A stretch of DNA of 52,126 nt, filler included, from Catajapyx aquilonaris (lineage: Eukaryota), in NCBI GenBank assembly GCA_000934665.2. It is 2 parts of 2 records of this genome, joined end to end, with 100 filler letters (N's around TTAATTAATTAA, not from the genome) between each part and the next. Parts side by side here need not be neighbours in the genome. Positions count along the whole stretch, not along the records: positions 1 to 25,948 come from JYFJ02005287.1; 1 more part is not named here. One strand, 5' to 3'. Every line of letters begins with the position of its first letter. Position 1 is the first letter of the stretch. The position numbers and the translations under genes were made by a program. Positions 1 through 13,173 of this stretch are shown here, one piece after another. The notes below the pieces were generated by a model that was not told where the DNA came from, made no database searches, and saw only the letters and a list, made by a program, of their open reading frames with translations.

Positions 1-632
1 GTAAACAACGGCACGATTCGCAATAACCTGGCGACGACAGAGCCGTTGTTTACTATCCGCGCGCCATCTAGCAACTAAACAGTCCTCTCGTCTAGCAACT
101 CCCGTGTGACGCGTCTGAGCGCACCCGTTCTGCGTCTATTAACCCCCTCTACTCTAGATGGCGTTTCCGGACACGGGTTCCTAGGTGAAGAATATTTGTC
201 TCGGTCCCCTCCATGATCTTAGAATACTCAGGTCTGGGCACTCTCACATACCCCCTGCCGGGGCGTTTTGCAGAAGGTGCTCACTTGAGAGCGCCATGAG
301 ACCTTTCACTTCCCAGGTAAGTGGCGACCCTACCGGACTACGCTGAACTTTATAGGTACAAAAGGGAAGCGCTACATGCGGGCCCAAAATGGCCGCCGGC
401 GATCATGTTGGGTCCCCCAATATAGCGCTTCCATTTTGTACCTCTAAAGTTCAGCCTAGTCCGGTAGGGTCGCCACTTACTTGGGAAGTGAAAGGTCTCA
501 TGGGGCTCTCAAGTGAGCACCTTCTGCAAAACGCCCCGGCAGGTGATAAGATCAGAATGTAGTATAAGTTTCCGACGGCTGGTCCCCTCTATCATTCCTC
601 AAAAAACGCACATTTATTTCATTAACACGGTG
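1..632. mobile_element. Right arm of a Tc1/mariner-type MITE (same family as 6072-6633), interrupted by the 212-581 element
   Basis: 1-211 aligns with 6405-6590 (e.g. gtgacgcgtc.gagcgcaccc, ctagatggcgtttcc.gacacgggttccta, aatatttgtct.ggtcccctc). After the insertion it resumes and ends ...aacacggtg|TA at 632, like ...aacaccctg|TA at 6633. Confidence 0.8.
212..581. mobile_element. Non-autonomous DNA element with 8-bp TSD, CA...TG ends, no TIR and ~290-bp internal palindrome (Zisupton/KDZ-like architecture), copy 1
   Basis: TSD gtcccctc at 204-211 and 582-589. Inverted arms span ~254-543. Homologous to 22195-22567. Confidence 0.85.
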
Positions 633-1292
633 TATAGGGATACTTCTTAACTGAATAGGCTACGCAGCCTCCAAGTTTGAGGCCATTATAACCTCTACTT
701 TCTTGGAGCAAGTCTAGGCTCTTTCACATTATTGACACCAAGTTATTTCATTAGAAACCACATCATTAGGAACCGCATAGTTCGTAACATACTAACATTG
801 TGTTCATTTACTTGTTGGGCTTCATTATAGTATAGTGGGTTACTTGGACAAGGTGCTATGACACTACCAATATGCATTCCCTGCCCAGAAAGAGGGGATA
901 TGTGAAGAAGCTATGGATTGCTTATCCTAGTAACCAGTTGAATGAGATCAATCACAAGTATAGCCGTGGTTGCTGCTTCCGAGAGATTATTTCTACTTAG
1001 AGCGGTTGCTGAGGTAACTTTTCTAGTACTTTTCCCTATACCGCCGTCTTTAATTAGGGACTTGGGCTGTGCACAACCTGCTGGTTTATGTTTAAGCCGC
1101 AGGGAATCCCGTCCAGTACGAATCTGCTTTTGCATTTCTATAGCTTGTACTGTACGCAATATCATCCATGCACGCTTTGCCTTAGTCGGAAGTACAGTGA
1201 TGTATATTTTATACATAAAATCTTTCAAATGTGACACTGAAAAATGGTGCTCATGTCGTACTACTATCTAGTACCTTCAGTGTCTATTTATA

Positions 1293-1626
1293 TATAATAA
1301 TAATAATTGCGGGTAGTGCTTTTGACCCCTTGGGTACAAACACGGACCTTTATTTTATCCTTGGTACATTCGTACATCACTGGACCTTTCGCGAAACGCC
1401 CGGGCCCACTGGCAGGGTGACAGGAGGGGATGTGCAATGTGCAGTGCAAAGTTTCTAATATGGTACATAGTTTGTGAACTCCCCCGGGTGGATATGTCTA
1501 GTGGAAATTCCACCCGAGACGAAGCCAGAGACGACCCAACTCTGCACGAGATGAAGGGGGAACCCCGGACTGGGATCGAACCCGGGACCTTAACATTCGT
1601 GGACGCATACGTTACCGCAGCGCCAC
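1293..1626 (-). mobile_element. tRNA-derived SINE with 16-bp TSD
   Basis: Minus strand starts gtggcgctgcgg (A box) and carries ggttcgatccc (B box), ending in an (ATT)n tail. TSD tcagtgtctatttata at 1277-1292 and 1627-1642. Confidence 0.9.
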
Positions 1627-2289
1627 TCAGTGTCTATTTATAATTTCCAGCGTATTTAAAATAACGTTTTTTGACTGAAAGGTGAACCTTACTGAATATA
1701 TTGCAGATGAAAGGAAAACTTTATGCTTTAAAAGTTCAGTGTGGTAAACGGACCAATAATCCTGGAACATTCGTTGTCTCCTAATTATTAATCTCGTCAA
1801 GAACGGTGCCTCATTACGCGGACTGCTACCTGCATAGCCTACAGTATGACATCAAAGAGAAAATATACCATGATAGCGAATTATTTTTACGCAGGGTTTG
1901 GAAACACAGAAAGTGTGGCGATTGTTTATCTTGCTACTTATGCTTGCTTTATGGCAATTCTCTGCGGTATGATAAGCATGAAGACTGATTAGCAACATTT
2001 AATGCTGCTAATGAAACTCGAATTAGGAGGTAATTCGTAAACCATCGTTCAGCGGCACATTTTCGTTAAATTTTACAAAGTTTTGGCATACTGTCTTTTA
2101 TGCTTGACTCTCCCCATGTTCACTGTCAAAGCGACCAAAATATTTTCAAGTGGTTAGTGTAATCAGTTTTGGTTTTCGGACGGACAACCCTCTTCATCTG
2201 AATCATGTTATTTAGTAAGGCACGCATCCCTGCTCCTGGACTCTGGAGATAGCATCATCCATAATATATTGAGCGTAAAGGCACTGATG

Positions 2290-2530
2290 TAGTATTGTTC
2301 AACGTGGCGGTAACGTGGCCTTTCATCTGTGAGGTTCCCCGTTCGAACCTAGAGTCGGATGAAGGATTTTCTCACGTTGACAAGAATTTCTGTGGGTTCT
2401 CTCCGTGATCGCATGAGTTGTCTCGGGATTCGACCTATCCTCCCGCAATCAAAATCCATCGCAGCATAGAGGGTTTTCCTGCCGTGATTGCTCACGCAGT
2501 GGGGGCCATAATAATATCCCACATTATACT
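2290..2530 (+). mobile_element. Degenerate tRNA-derived SINE
   Basis: A-box-like gtggcggtaacg and B box gttcgaacc (2341-2349). Boundaries are approximate. Confidence 0.5.
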
Positions 2531-2914
2531 GAAGGTAGATATGTCGTCACATGCTGCCATAAGGTGATTGCAGGCAAGAAACAGAAAAATACTCTAATTA
2601 AATTGCCTTATTTCGGTCACCTACCTTACTACGTATTTTCACGCGCATAGTTAACCTATTATTATCAGTCTCGAGCAATGAATGAGTTTGGGTGGCAGAA
2701 GTAAAGAGTGATAATTTATATTATTCAACAGACCGCGAGAGAAGTACCAGAAAGTCATCCTCGGAACTACAACACTGCATTCTACACCAAGAACAAAATC
2801 CTTACCTACACGACCTCTTCCATCAAAATAAGAACGTCCTAACTCTCGCAATTATTGTGTAGTGAGGAGGTGTGAATGAAATTATCGCAAGCCATTAAAA
2901 TCGAAAATGATGCG

Positions 2915-3190
2915 ATTTTTTTTAAAAAATACCTCGTGATATAGGGCCCGAGGCCCTCTTAGGGGGGAAGGGGAGGTTCCCTAGGGAGGGCGCTGTGCGG
3001 CGGTAGTCATTTCAGACATTCTTTAAACACCAGGCCTTTTCTCCTGGCCCTGGTCAGAATAGGGAGGCAATTCTGCCCCGGTATGTCGGGTGAAAAGCGG
3101 AAAAAGACCAGGTCAAGCAGATGTGAAGGGGACGGGATTCGAACCCCGGCCTCCCGCTTGGCTGGCCAGTGGCGTAACCACCAGACCACC
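2915..3190 (-). mobile_element. tRNA-derived SINE
   Basis: Minus strand ggtggtctggtggtta (A box) ... ggttcgaatccc (B box), then a non-tRNA body and A-rich end. The 3' boundary is approximate. Confidence 0.7.
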
Positions 3191-6071
3191 ATGCAAAATG
3201 ATGTGATATTGTAAAGTTGAATTTTTTGCATTTCAAGGATGTTAGTATCCTATGGAAAAGGCGCACCAAACGTAAATCAGGTGTCTGCATCCCGAATATA
3301 TACTGTAGAAACATTTTTAAATGTGCAGGAATTTGTGCGTTAGTTTACTAGCTAGTAGCCCTGTGATCTACCACTTCCTGAATTCCTGAATAGTATAATG
3401 AGAAGCTCTGCTTACTTTTCCCTCGCAACAATATAGTCGGGCAAACAACAGTGTGTTTAACTTCTGGCGGTGGGGTAGGCTAACTTAAGTGAATCTAAAA
3501 AGAAAATAATATTGTACTTGCCTAACTAGAGCGATTCACGAGCATTATTACCATGCAGTGAATCCATGAAGTATCACTCGCTATAGCAACTGTTACGGCT
3601 TGAAAATATGCGAAAGTGTTGCCAGAGGGATATTGTACGATTTTTAAAAGAAAAGCGTGACTGAATGGCAATGATTAGTTATAACCATGTATACTGATCT
3701 TGTCCTTTCATTCAGTGGCAAACGCACGTTCCGTTATTAGGAGCACTAATCTGAGACCATATTAAGGACAAATAATTAAATTTGAAAGTACTTACTAAAT
3801 AATAAAAAGTTTTACAGTATTTGTTTGGTATAGTATAACCCCTAATGTCACTTTAGTGTATACAAAAAAAATCCACAATGTGCTATTCGGCAATTAAACC
3901 ATAGCTTATTTAACGTGTAATATCAGTATCAAGATTAGATGCTTTCCCAGACACGAAGTAAGCGCGAATATCCGCGTTGTGAGCCGTATAAAGGAGGTTT
4001 CGTAAATCATTCACAGCGACTCTCACTTCTTCGGTATGTTACAAGGGAAGGGCGGAATGCACAAACACTTCACCTGAAATGAAGACAACCCTAATATGCT
4101 GCACGTATGAAATATTCATGACTATAATTAGTGTTGCAATCAATACCAGTAATCAGTGCCTAGCCATTTTGGTAAATGTGGACATCCATGTCATCAACAT
4201 GCTACCCAACTTTTCAATCAAATAAAATTGATCAAGCATGCAATGGTCCTGTTGTAAGCCTACGTGCGTTTTTTTTTTGTTTATTTCAATTAATTAATAG
4301 CAAGTATAGGCGCTTGATTTGGCAGCCTGGAAGTTGATCTGTGTTTCGGACAAATGTATCCTGGCGTTGCAACTATGATCACTCTTATAGCAACTAGTCA
4401 CATTTACTATGGCAAAGTTTTAAACTGTTATTCTATGATTGTGTACAATATATTCGTGTGTTCGCTGTTATGACCCGAATAGTTCCGCAAGATAATCACA
4501 TTATGTCACTCTGCTTTGCCATGTGAACTGAATCGGAAAAAAAATGTTGCGGTTTTATTGGCCATTATAGCATTATACAGAATATCGCCACAGTGTATAG
4601 GATGAAGTGCGAGCTCAGATGTGTCATGTCCATGCATGTTAATAATTTGATTTTAACGCCCCTAGAGCATAAGCTCACAGTTAGGTAATGATACTGTACG
4701 CGTCAGTCATGCGGCCTTTAATTGCTAATTTCTTTAAAATTAGTTTACGTGTTGAGCGATGCATACACATGAAGTCCCCACGCATTAAAAAAAAAATTGG
4801 GCCATGTAGTTTCGAATTCACATGAGAGTCACCACCAGACTTCTCAAATCCCCTACATAAACGCATTATTTTCTCACGGAAACAACCAACTTTTGTCTGA
4901 AACATACATTCATCAGCGTCATTTTCATGCCCTCTGAGCTTGACGGTTTTTAAAACCAGAGGAGGTTCGTGACACAGACGTGAAGTATGGTTCCTATAAA
5001 CTGAGAGGACACTCTTTTTTTTTTTGATATAACAAGACAAGCTTGGCTGAGAAGGTTGAGCCCTTATCGATCAAGATGCAGCGGTGTTTAGAAAGACCCG
5101 GGGTTCTTTTCTGCTCAGTCATTTGCCCCAGTGGTCTCCTTCGCACGGCTTTCGCAAGGCGTCGCCAACTTAACTGCACTATCAATTTTTTTTTTTCGAC
5201 TCGTTTCTAGCGCCGCCCCTTCACCACCGTACTTCATTTTCAGACAAGGCACCGTACATGAACGCAAAAAAAAAAAGTCGAAGCCGAGCTTGTATATGAC
5301 GGTAGTCGTTTGGAGTGTCGTAAAACATCGCCTTCGTCTCGGCTACGTACAGTAGTTTGTCGCAGGACGTCAAATGCGATGCAACATATGCGATCAGGTA
5401 GGTAATATAGAGGATGCCTGAAAGAAACATGCACATAGCTTGCTTTATGACTTTAAGGTTTAAGCACTCAGGTGCAATTTTAATATTACGCACGGGTACG
5501 GACGACCATGGCATTTAATGTTGCGCATAATTACAGCATGTTTTAATGGAGGGCCCAAACGCGTAAAATTCTCCATCTTCGTCCTAAGTGATTGTATCCT
5601 TATAAATGCTGCATCTACTGTATAACTCGTAAAAGAGAGACATAATTAGGCACATACTTGTACAGGTGTTCCCATTGAAATGTCCTTAGTTTTTACCGAT
5701 TATTTGTCAATAAGTTCTCATTATGAAGCATTTACTTTTCACAGTTGATTTTAGTGATTATTAAACGTATTAACTGCTAATATTAGGCCAGATTGAATCA
5801 TCTATCCGGGCTGTGAATTTTCGATTGGGAATGGCCCATTGGAATAATTATTGACGTCGAACATCAATGATAAATCCCATTTTTGCATGTCAGATCCCAT
5901 TTGAAGGCTTTAAAGTGGGGTGGATCTGCACAACTCAATACCAGCAGCTAATAATTATTGTTGATAACCACTGCAAAAAAAATAAGCTTCGTAAGGAGAA
6001 AAAATCGCTAACCACTATGGACATTTCAGTGCTTGATTGGATCTGGGGCAGCACCCGAAATTACACATATA

Positions 6072-6633
6072 CAGGGTGTTTATTGTAACTCTGCAAAGAC
6101 TTTCAGGGGTAATAGAGGGGACCAAGACAAGTATTTTTGACATAGGAACCAGTGTCCGGAAACGCCATCTAGAGGGGGTTCATAGACAAGGAACGGGTGC
6201 GCTCAGACGCGTCAGGCGAGAGGCGCAAGGCGAGCAGACTGTTTTGTTGATAGATGGCGCTCGGATAGTAACCAACAATGCGATGTGCCATAACGTGGCA
6301 ACAGCAGAGCCATCTAGCAACTAAAGTCCTCCTCCTAGGAGACGCGCGGATAGTCAACAGCGGTTCTGTTGTTGCCAGGTTATGGCGTATCGCGTTGTTG
6401 TTTGCTTACAACGACGCGATACACCATAACCTGGCAACAACTGTGGGCCATCTATCAACAAAACAGTCTGCTCGCCTAGCGCCTCCCGCGTGACGCGTCA
6501 GAGCGCACCCATTCCTTGTCTATGAACCCCGTCTAGATGGCGTTTCCAGACACGGGTTCCTATGTCAAAAATATTTGTCTTGGTCCCCTCTATTACCCCT
6601 GAAAGTCTTTGCAGAGTTACAATAAACACCCTG
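6072..6633. mobile_element. Complete Tc1/mariner-type MITE with long (~185 bp) TIRs and TA TSD
   Basis: TA|CAGGGTGTTTATTGTAACTCTGCAAAGACTTTCAGGGG ... CCCCTGAAAGTCTTTGCAGAGTTACAATAAACACCCTG|TA. Confidence 0.93.
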
Positions 6634-9350
6634 TATAGAGAACTTACATTGTTAGCCTTTGGACTGCCTTTGGATGTAATCTTCTTAGCACTGTATGGCC
6701 TACTGAGGTCTCACGCGCAAATTTAAACCTTTGCAGGTTCATGCACGCCCTGTACGTGTGGAAGCTGCTTTCGCCAGACATGACTTAGCACTCGATGCCT
6801 AGTTGTCGTGGGACGAAATAGGAAACTCAATTTTTTTTTACCCCCATCAACCCAGCTGCAGTTGTTTTTTCCAAGTTCCTTCCATGTATGTCAGTAACCC
6901 CTCTTTTTGTCGCGCCCACCAAAGTTGGATAATTAATAGTAACATGTGACACCCTTCCCTAGCCCAATCCGATTTGGCAATGGGGAGTCAAAGGGGGTCT
7001 TTATCCGTGGAAGCTTGAATCGATATTGACAGAAGACCGTTTTACTGGTCAATTGCCCCTCTCGCGAAAGCGATAGAGGATCAAAACCGTGGCGTCAAAG
7101 AGGTTTTAGTTGCCTGCATCTTGAATCAAAAAGGTTCCATTTAGTTGGTTCAATATGGCAGGCTCACAATCCGGCCAGAGGGACTCTTACAGTATAGCAT
7201 CAGCTCCAACCAACAAAGAGTGTTTTCCTCCAAGATCCCAGTTGGATTACTGGAATAGAAGCAGCAAGCATGTGTTGCATTATTATCCGGGTACTGTATT
7301 ATGTGAAGCATTTCTAGCTGAGTAAGAGCTAAAAGAATGGGAGTTAACTTACTGCGTTTTTAGGTCATCAACTCAAAGAGGAAATTTCTAATTATGCCCA
7401 GTGAGATATTATGAATACATATGAGAATTCTGTTTCATATCCCTTCATCATATCTTTATTTAAAAATTTACAAGAGCAGTACGGTACTTCTTCAGTATGA
7501 AAAAATGTTACTCTCATAAATTATAATTTTTCAAATTTTGCATTTCGCTAATTTTAGGCTTGAACGCCTCCGGTATTGATACAACAGTAATTTTGACAGT
7601 TTACAGATCATGAAATAATGGTAAATAAAATTCCAGCATCCGATGTACAGATTATGTCAACGCCATAATCATAAAAGCCTTCCATTCAATCAGTGTGACA
7701 AAATTAATTGCAATATGTTATCCATATGATTCAATAAAGCTATAGTTGTTTGTTCCAAATGGAGCCTCCGCTCAGTGAAATTTTCACACATTGTACTCTA
7801 GAGTACAATGCACCTTTAGTACGACCACTGTTAAAAGCAATGCACACCAATAAACTAATAACACAGTCATGTAAACTATAGATATCCTTCTAAATCTAGC
7901 CATCAACTAGACACCAATTAATGAACATCGCGTGGTTCAAAGTGGAAGCGTTTGAACAAAAATTATTACATTACTGTACCGGTACCGAATTATTTTCAGA
8001 ATAATTTAATTCTCTTCATTACATGACTTTTTTGGGCTTCAAAGAGATATCCAAGTATGACCAGCACAGTTCTAAATTCACAGCAGATTTCCACATACAA
8101 CAATAGGTAAAGCGTTGAATAAATTCCACACACACAGTTATTACCTGGGGTCATCCGGATTGGGCAAATGTTGATTCAGTTAACAGAAAAGGGGGGTAGG
8201 CCCTATGTTGTTTTTTTAAAAAAAATCGTTCATAGAGTCCTATATCACGGCCATTTAGCAAATCCCACGCTTGGTACACTCCCCACGCAAACCTAGTACA
8301 CACTCAAAAATCGTATGCATCCGATCGGGTCGATTGAAATAAAATAAGCGGCCAAATAATGTCCAATCAAACCATAATACGAGTCAGGTGCACCACATCA
8401 CACGGGTCAATAGAAATGAACCCAAATCAATGGCAGAAAGCAAATGGAATGGAATGGAACGAAAAGCTAGGATCATCCGGCGAATGGATGATTTCGCACG
8501 GCTTTGTTCATCTTCCCAAAGTGTCCATTGCAGCCCTCACAAAGTGCATGTTTGCCCAATACTGTAAATATAGCCTGGTTTAGCTTTAACACACTCACAC
8601 ACCAAAAAAAAAAAACTGTGTTTGCCAGTAGAATATGGTTGTATCCGGAAGTTGGACCCCCTTTTTTCCCCTATTTTTTTTACGCACCTCAGCAGTGTGC
8701 AGCCAATTTGCCTGATGAGCTTGTATCATAACAAGGGCTCATATGCGACAGTCGCTCCGATTGCTCCGATTTTGATTCATCCCACCCCATTTCCACCCCT
8801 CGGATCAAGCCGGTGGACCATGCGGTTCATTGCGTCCATTACAACACGACGCTCGAGCTTCATTAAACACAGTCGCCCACAGCCCTATTACGAACAATAA
8901 GTGTCTGAAAGTGCAAGAGAGAGAAAATTTGGAAGCAAGGTGATAATTAATCGCCTACACGCTCTCGCTCCTTTTACACCTAATCCTACCCCCCTTTTGT
9001 AGATTGGATCTGCTCGTTTAATTTTCCCAACGTGGTGTAACGTTAGAAGAAGGAATCGCAATAATGAGGACAAAAGAAAAGTAGTGCGCTGCAATTATTA
9101 ATTTTTTTTCTCTTGTCAGATATGCCGCTAAGGAGATTACGTCTACGGCGTTACAAATGAATGTCAAAATATAATCCGCTTTTTATTGCTCATTTCGTTA
9201 CCGTAGAAATTATGAATAAATTATGTGTGACAAGTAGGATTTGCAACATAAATAAGGGTTAGAAATTTTATTGTAAAAAAGTGTTATACTGGCAGAAATC
9301 ATTAATGATTAGTAGCCCAACGCTATACGGTATAAAACGTCCGTCATACA

Positions 9351-9398
9351 CACTCTTAACCGTTTACCTTCTCTAGAGAGGGTAAATGGTTAAGAGTG
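9351..9398. repeat. 48-bp near-perfect palindrome (probable collapsed MITE)
   Basis: cactcttaaccgtttaccttctct|agagagggtaaatggttaagagtg, with 2 mismatches between arms. Confidence 0.8.
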
Positions 9399-9936
9399 CA
9401 GTATTGCATGGCGTCTCTGTACAGTATTGTATTCTTCAATTCACTGGTCTTGCAATGCTACAACTCAAGAGCTTTTCTGCTATATGTGCCTGTAATATGT
9501 GTAGAATACTATTCCAAAAATACCTGCATATCTGCATTCCTTTGGTCCTTTGGAACGTTGGTATGTTGCAGTGAAGAGTTTTGGTGGGAAAGTATGTTTG
9601 GAGAGCCGGATTTGGTCGGATAGTGGGATAAAAGTAGGATAGCTGCTAGGGAGAGATTTTTTCTATGACTAGCTTAGATCAGATAAGGAATGAGGATATA
9701 CTGTATTTACGGCGGTCGGATGTGAAAGACGAGAGCATTCATATACTCGCGACGTGGTGTCTCCTGGTGCAGAATTCATATACCGTTACGTCCGGTGTCA
9801 TGTTTCGGTTGTTGCATTCACATAGCCGTGAATTCGGGCCTCCGCAAAGGATTGTTTTTCAGGACCGGCATTCACACACTTACAACTTAGCGGAAAAAAA
9901 CATGAGATGGGTGGGTTGTCTGGGGTGGGCCTGAAG

Positions 9937-10084
9937 CAAGGGGGTAATCACTCGACTGAAAAGTGTACACTGGAGTACCAAATTCAAGGAGTACCAAGGA
10001 GTAATAAAGAGTGAGGTACCTCAGGAGTACCTGGGAGTACCACTCGCAGGTGTACATCGGAGTACTGAAATGGTTACCCCCTTG
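9937..10084. mobile_element. 148-bp MITE with 8-bp TSD (hAT- or P-like), copy 1
   Basis: TIR caagggggtaa...ttacccccttg. TSD gcctgaag / gcctggag. Internal ggagtac repeats. Confidence 0.9.
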
Positions 10085-10899
10085 GCCTGGAGTTTGTATA
10101 CATGCAGTCGTGAGACAGCCTCGTACGAGGCTGGGCGAATAAATAGGCTAGGCTGTGGTAAACCTGGGTATTATTTGACCACGACCATGACCCTAAGTGA
10201 CTCTGCAGGGTCAGGAGGGATGATTTATGGAGGTCATACCTCCCAAAATACACAAAAATGGCCTTATCTGCATCAGAGATATTTACGGGTATTGATGAAG
10301 TGCACAAAAATTCATGCACTGTAGTGCTAATTTATGTTACGCACTTAATATATTTCACCCAACGGACAAATTATTCATTCACACTAATTTATTTTTAAGC
10401 GTTAAGTTTTCTCTGTGTGTGTAGTTTCGTTCCTGCCATTCTTGGCAGTGTATTTTGGTACTCTGAAAATATCCACCAGGCTAAACGTGTATAAAGGCCC
10501 ATTCTTCTCAAAATAATTTCTCGCATGACCTGAGTTGCTAAACAACAATGTTTCAAGTCCCACTGCTCGCCTCTTTTTAATTAACTCATTCAGGGTGCTA
10601 CAACATGAGAAACTCATACACTTTGATTAGTTTGCTTTTTATAGCATATAGAGTTGACAAGGTGCATAGTTTAACACATGTCATCGTTGAGTCGTAAAAA
10701 CCGGTTTATACTTAAGTAACCCTAGTATCTCCCCCCTTTGTTTTCAGAATGTGTTTTTTATCATCAGAAAAAAACACATCATTTCCCTAAAATATACAGT
10801 ATGATGTCCTTTGAGCCTAATTTGGCCGCTTGTAAGACTCATGAACATTTTAAGCACATATATGCCATAATAAATTTTGTGAATAGCCTCGCAGTAGAA

Positions 10900-11390
10900 A
10901 ACATGTAGGCCTCACCTGGCATTTCCTGATCGACGCAGGTGTTAGCAATAAATTCAGATCTCCCCTTCCCACTCTAGAATGGTATGTGGACGGAAAATTG
11001 TGGAGGATGAGCTCGGCAATGTCCAAAAGGCCTGGACTAAATTTCCTGTCCGAGTGGGCCCCCTGAGAGTAGATTTGCATAAATTGAGCAAAGCGGTGGG
11101 GAGGGACCAGGCGAAAAAAAAGGTGGGGGTAGGGGGAGAAGGAGAGCTTCCAAACTCTAGTTCTGACCACTTTCTGCCCAGGAATGGAATCAAATGTACG
11201 CTGCCACCAATTGAGGGAAGAATAATACCCAGCTTCTATGGGGTACACTTCAAGCACTGGGTTGGAAACTATACTTTATTATCCTCCTATCCTTTCAATA
11301 GACTATGTGCCCTCCTCCCCAATATCCACCACCCTATAACCACTACTACCAACTTTCAGAGAGCCATCACTTTAGCCAGGCCTGTCTCAC
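10900..11390 (-). mobile_element. Decayed apurinic endonuclease (APE) region of a non-LTR retrotransposon
   Basis: Minus-strand fragments SGYRVVD...GG and GLLDIAELILHNFPSTYHSRVGRGDLNLLL resemble LINE APE motifs (GY...GGG; L..N..PTY...LDL), with stops and frameshifts. Confidence 0.45.
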
Positions 11391-12589
11391 CCGGGCCATT
11401 AGGCTAACTTTCACCAGCACCACTTTTCTCTATTTTTTATCAGTTACAGTCTATATCTATCCTTCCGATCCAGTCTCCTGAATTGGATTCATTACCTGGA
11501 AAAGACTAATCGGTACTTCTGGAACTGGTTTTTCTTTTTTCTGCTCACATTACCAATTCCACTCTTTCTGAATAGTATAGACTCAGTTCCTAGGGGAAAT
11601 TATGTTTCAATCTGACTGAAACCTGTGAGGCTTCTTTCTATACGAAAATGTAATGAATTTCATTTGCATAATTCATGCCGTCCCATTACACATGCACCAA
11701 GGCTGATGTCGGAAGCGATTGCCATACTGTCAATTCCATCAGCGAAATATATCGATATCTATGTTAAACAACGAGCTCACAATATTATTTGCTCTGTGCA
11801 CCTTGCCTACTAACGAGGCAGTACACAAAGTGGGTTAACACGGTTTGTGACCACCGTATTGTCACACTTCCGGTCTGTACATGTATTCATTTTTAACAGG
11901 GTGCAAACGTCGCAGTAAGGTCCACTTTACTGCACAAAAATGGCGATTCCCTTGGTCAATATGGCAGCACAAAATACGAGCAACCCCGAGTTGCTTATTT
12001 CTGAGCAAAAAGAGACGTAAAGAAAGTGCCCCAGAGTGCAAGAGACATAATATATGGATACGTCACTGTAAAGTTCCCTACTGTATTTATAACCCCTTTA
12101 AATTTTTAAAATAAAGTGGGCATCTGCAAGTTCCAGCAATGAGGAGTAGAAGTACAGTTAATTGCGTAGTCTGTACTTGTCGCTCATGCTTAACGCATTC
12201 TGATAATAACACAGGGTGTTTCGACCCTGAACACCGTCAAACACCGACAAACGCCATGTCAACAGCTTACAAAATAAGCCTAAATATGTGGCATAGAAAA
12301 AATGTAATATATCAAGAGTGAGTAGCCTAACTCTTCGTGACTTTCATACAATAATGATACAACGTAGTAAACAAGTCACTAAATCACCAAACAAACACAG
12401 TCTTGACACACTATTTGCTTGTAACACCAGCTATATTGTACGCGTGACTGTCCAGCAGGTTTTAGCTAAATGTATCCTGCAGCTATACAACCATCCTCAC
12501 GGCTCACTCGACCAATGTGAAGGATATACTGGATTTTCGGAAGTACGAGTTCCTGATCCTTGCTCTTGTGACACCACTTAGAAAGGTTC

Positions 12590-12628
12590 AATCATTATCA
12601 TCATCATTATCATCATCATCATCATCAT
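12590..12628. repeat. (ATC)n microsatellite
   Basis: atcattatcatcatcattatcatcatcatcatcatcatt. Confidence 0.85.
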
Positions 12629-13131
12629 TGTCGCACAGCAGCCCCGGTCACTCGTATACCTTATCTAACCTGTTCGTAGTGTAAATTAAAAGTGCAAGGC
12701 AACATTATTCCTATACAGGGTATTCCAATTGTTATGACCATAGTTGTTAGCCCTTTTTGGTACTAACCTGCTTATTTAAGCAGCTACTTTGGAGTCGTAA
12801 ATTTTGTGGTAAAGGTAGGCCTATTAGCTGCTACTGTTATGACGAATTCAATCGCCCTTCCGAGGTCTGAATTGCAATAATTCTCCGATTGGGAATGACC
12901 CATTGAAACCATAGACACGTAATGCCAATGATCCAGCCCAATATTGGTAGGTAACTAGGTAAGACACCTTGCAGGAGTTAATGCAAAGGATGGGACAATT
13001 AATATTTTCGGTATAACCACTAAAGTAACTGCTTGAAAATAAGCAACTTAATTGCAAAAGTTTCCACTACATACATTTCAATCAGAATACTCTGTATATA
13101 TCACATTAAAAAAGGAATGATTCCAGGATAA

Positions 13132-13132
13132 G

Positions 13133-13173
<41 letters not shown>
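13132..13173. repeat. (GTT)14 microsatellite
   Basis: Perfect gtt run. Confidence 0.95.

Noticed and set aside
911..1271. Overlapping 108/109-aa ORFs
   Set aside because: No recognisable domain and no convincing splice sites or partner exons.
1555..1626. tRNA-like sequences here and at 3125-3190 and 44717-44785
   Set aside because: A and B boxes are present, but there is no closed acceptor stem and each continues into a body with a simple-repeat tail, so these are SINE heads rather than tRNA genes.
9937..10084. Regularly spaced ggagtac repeats resembling a CRISPR-like array
   Set aside because: The repeats are 7 bp with short spacers that are nearly the same in the second copy. They lie inside a TIR/TSD-bounded MITE in a eukaryotic genome.
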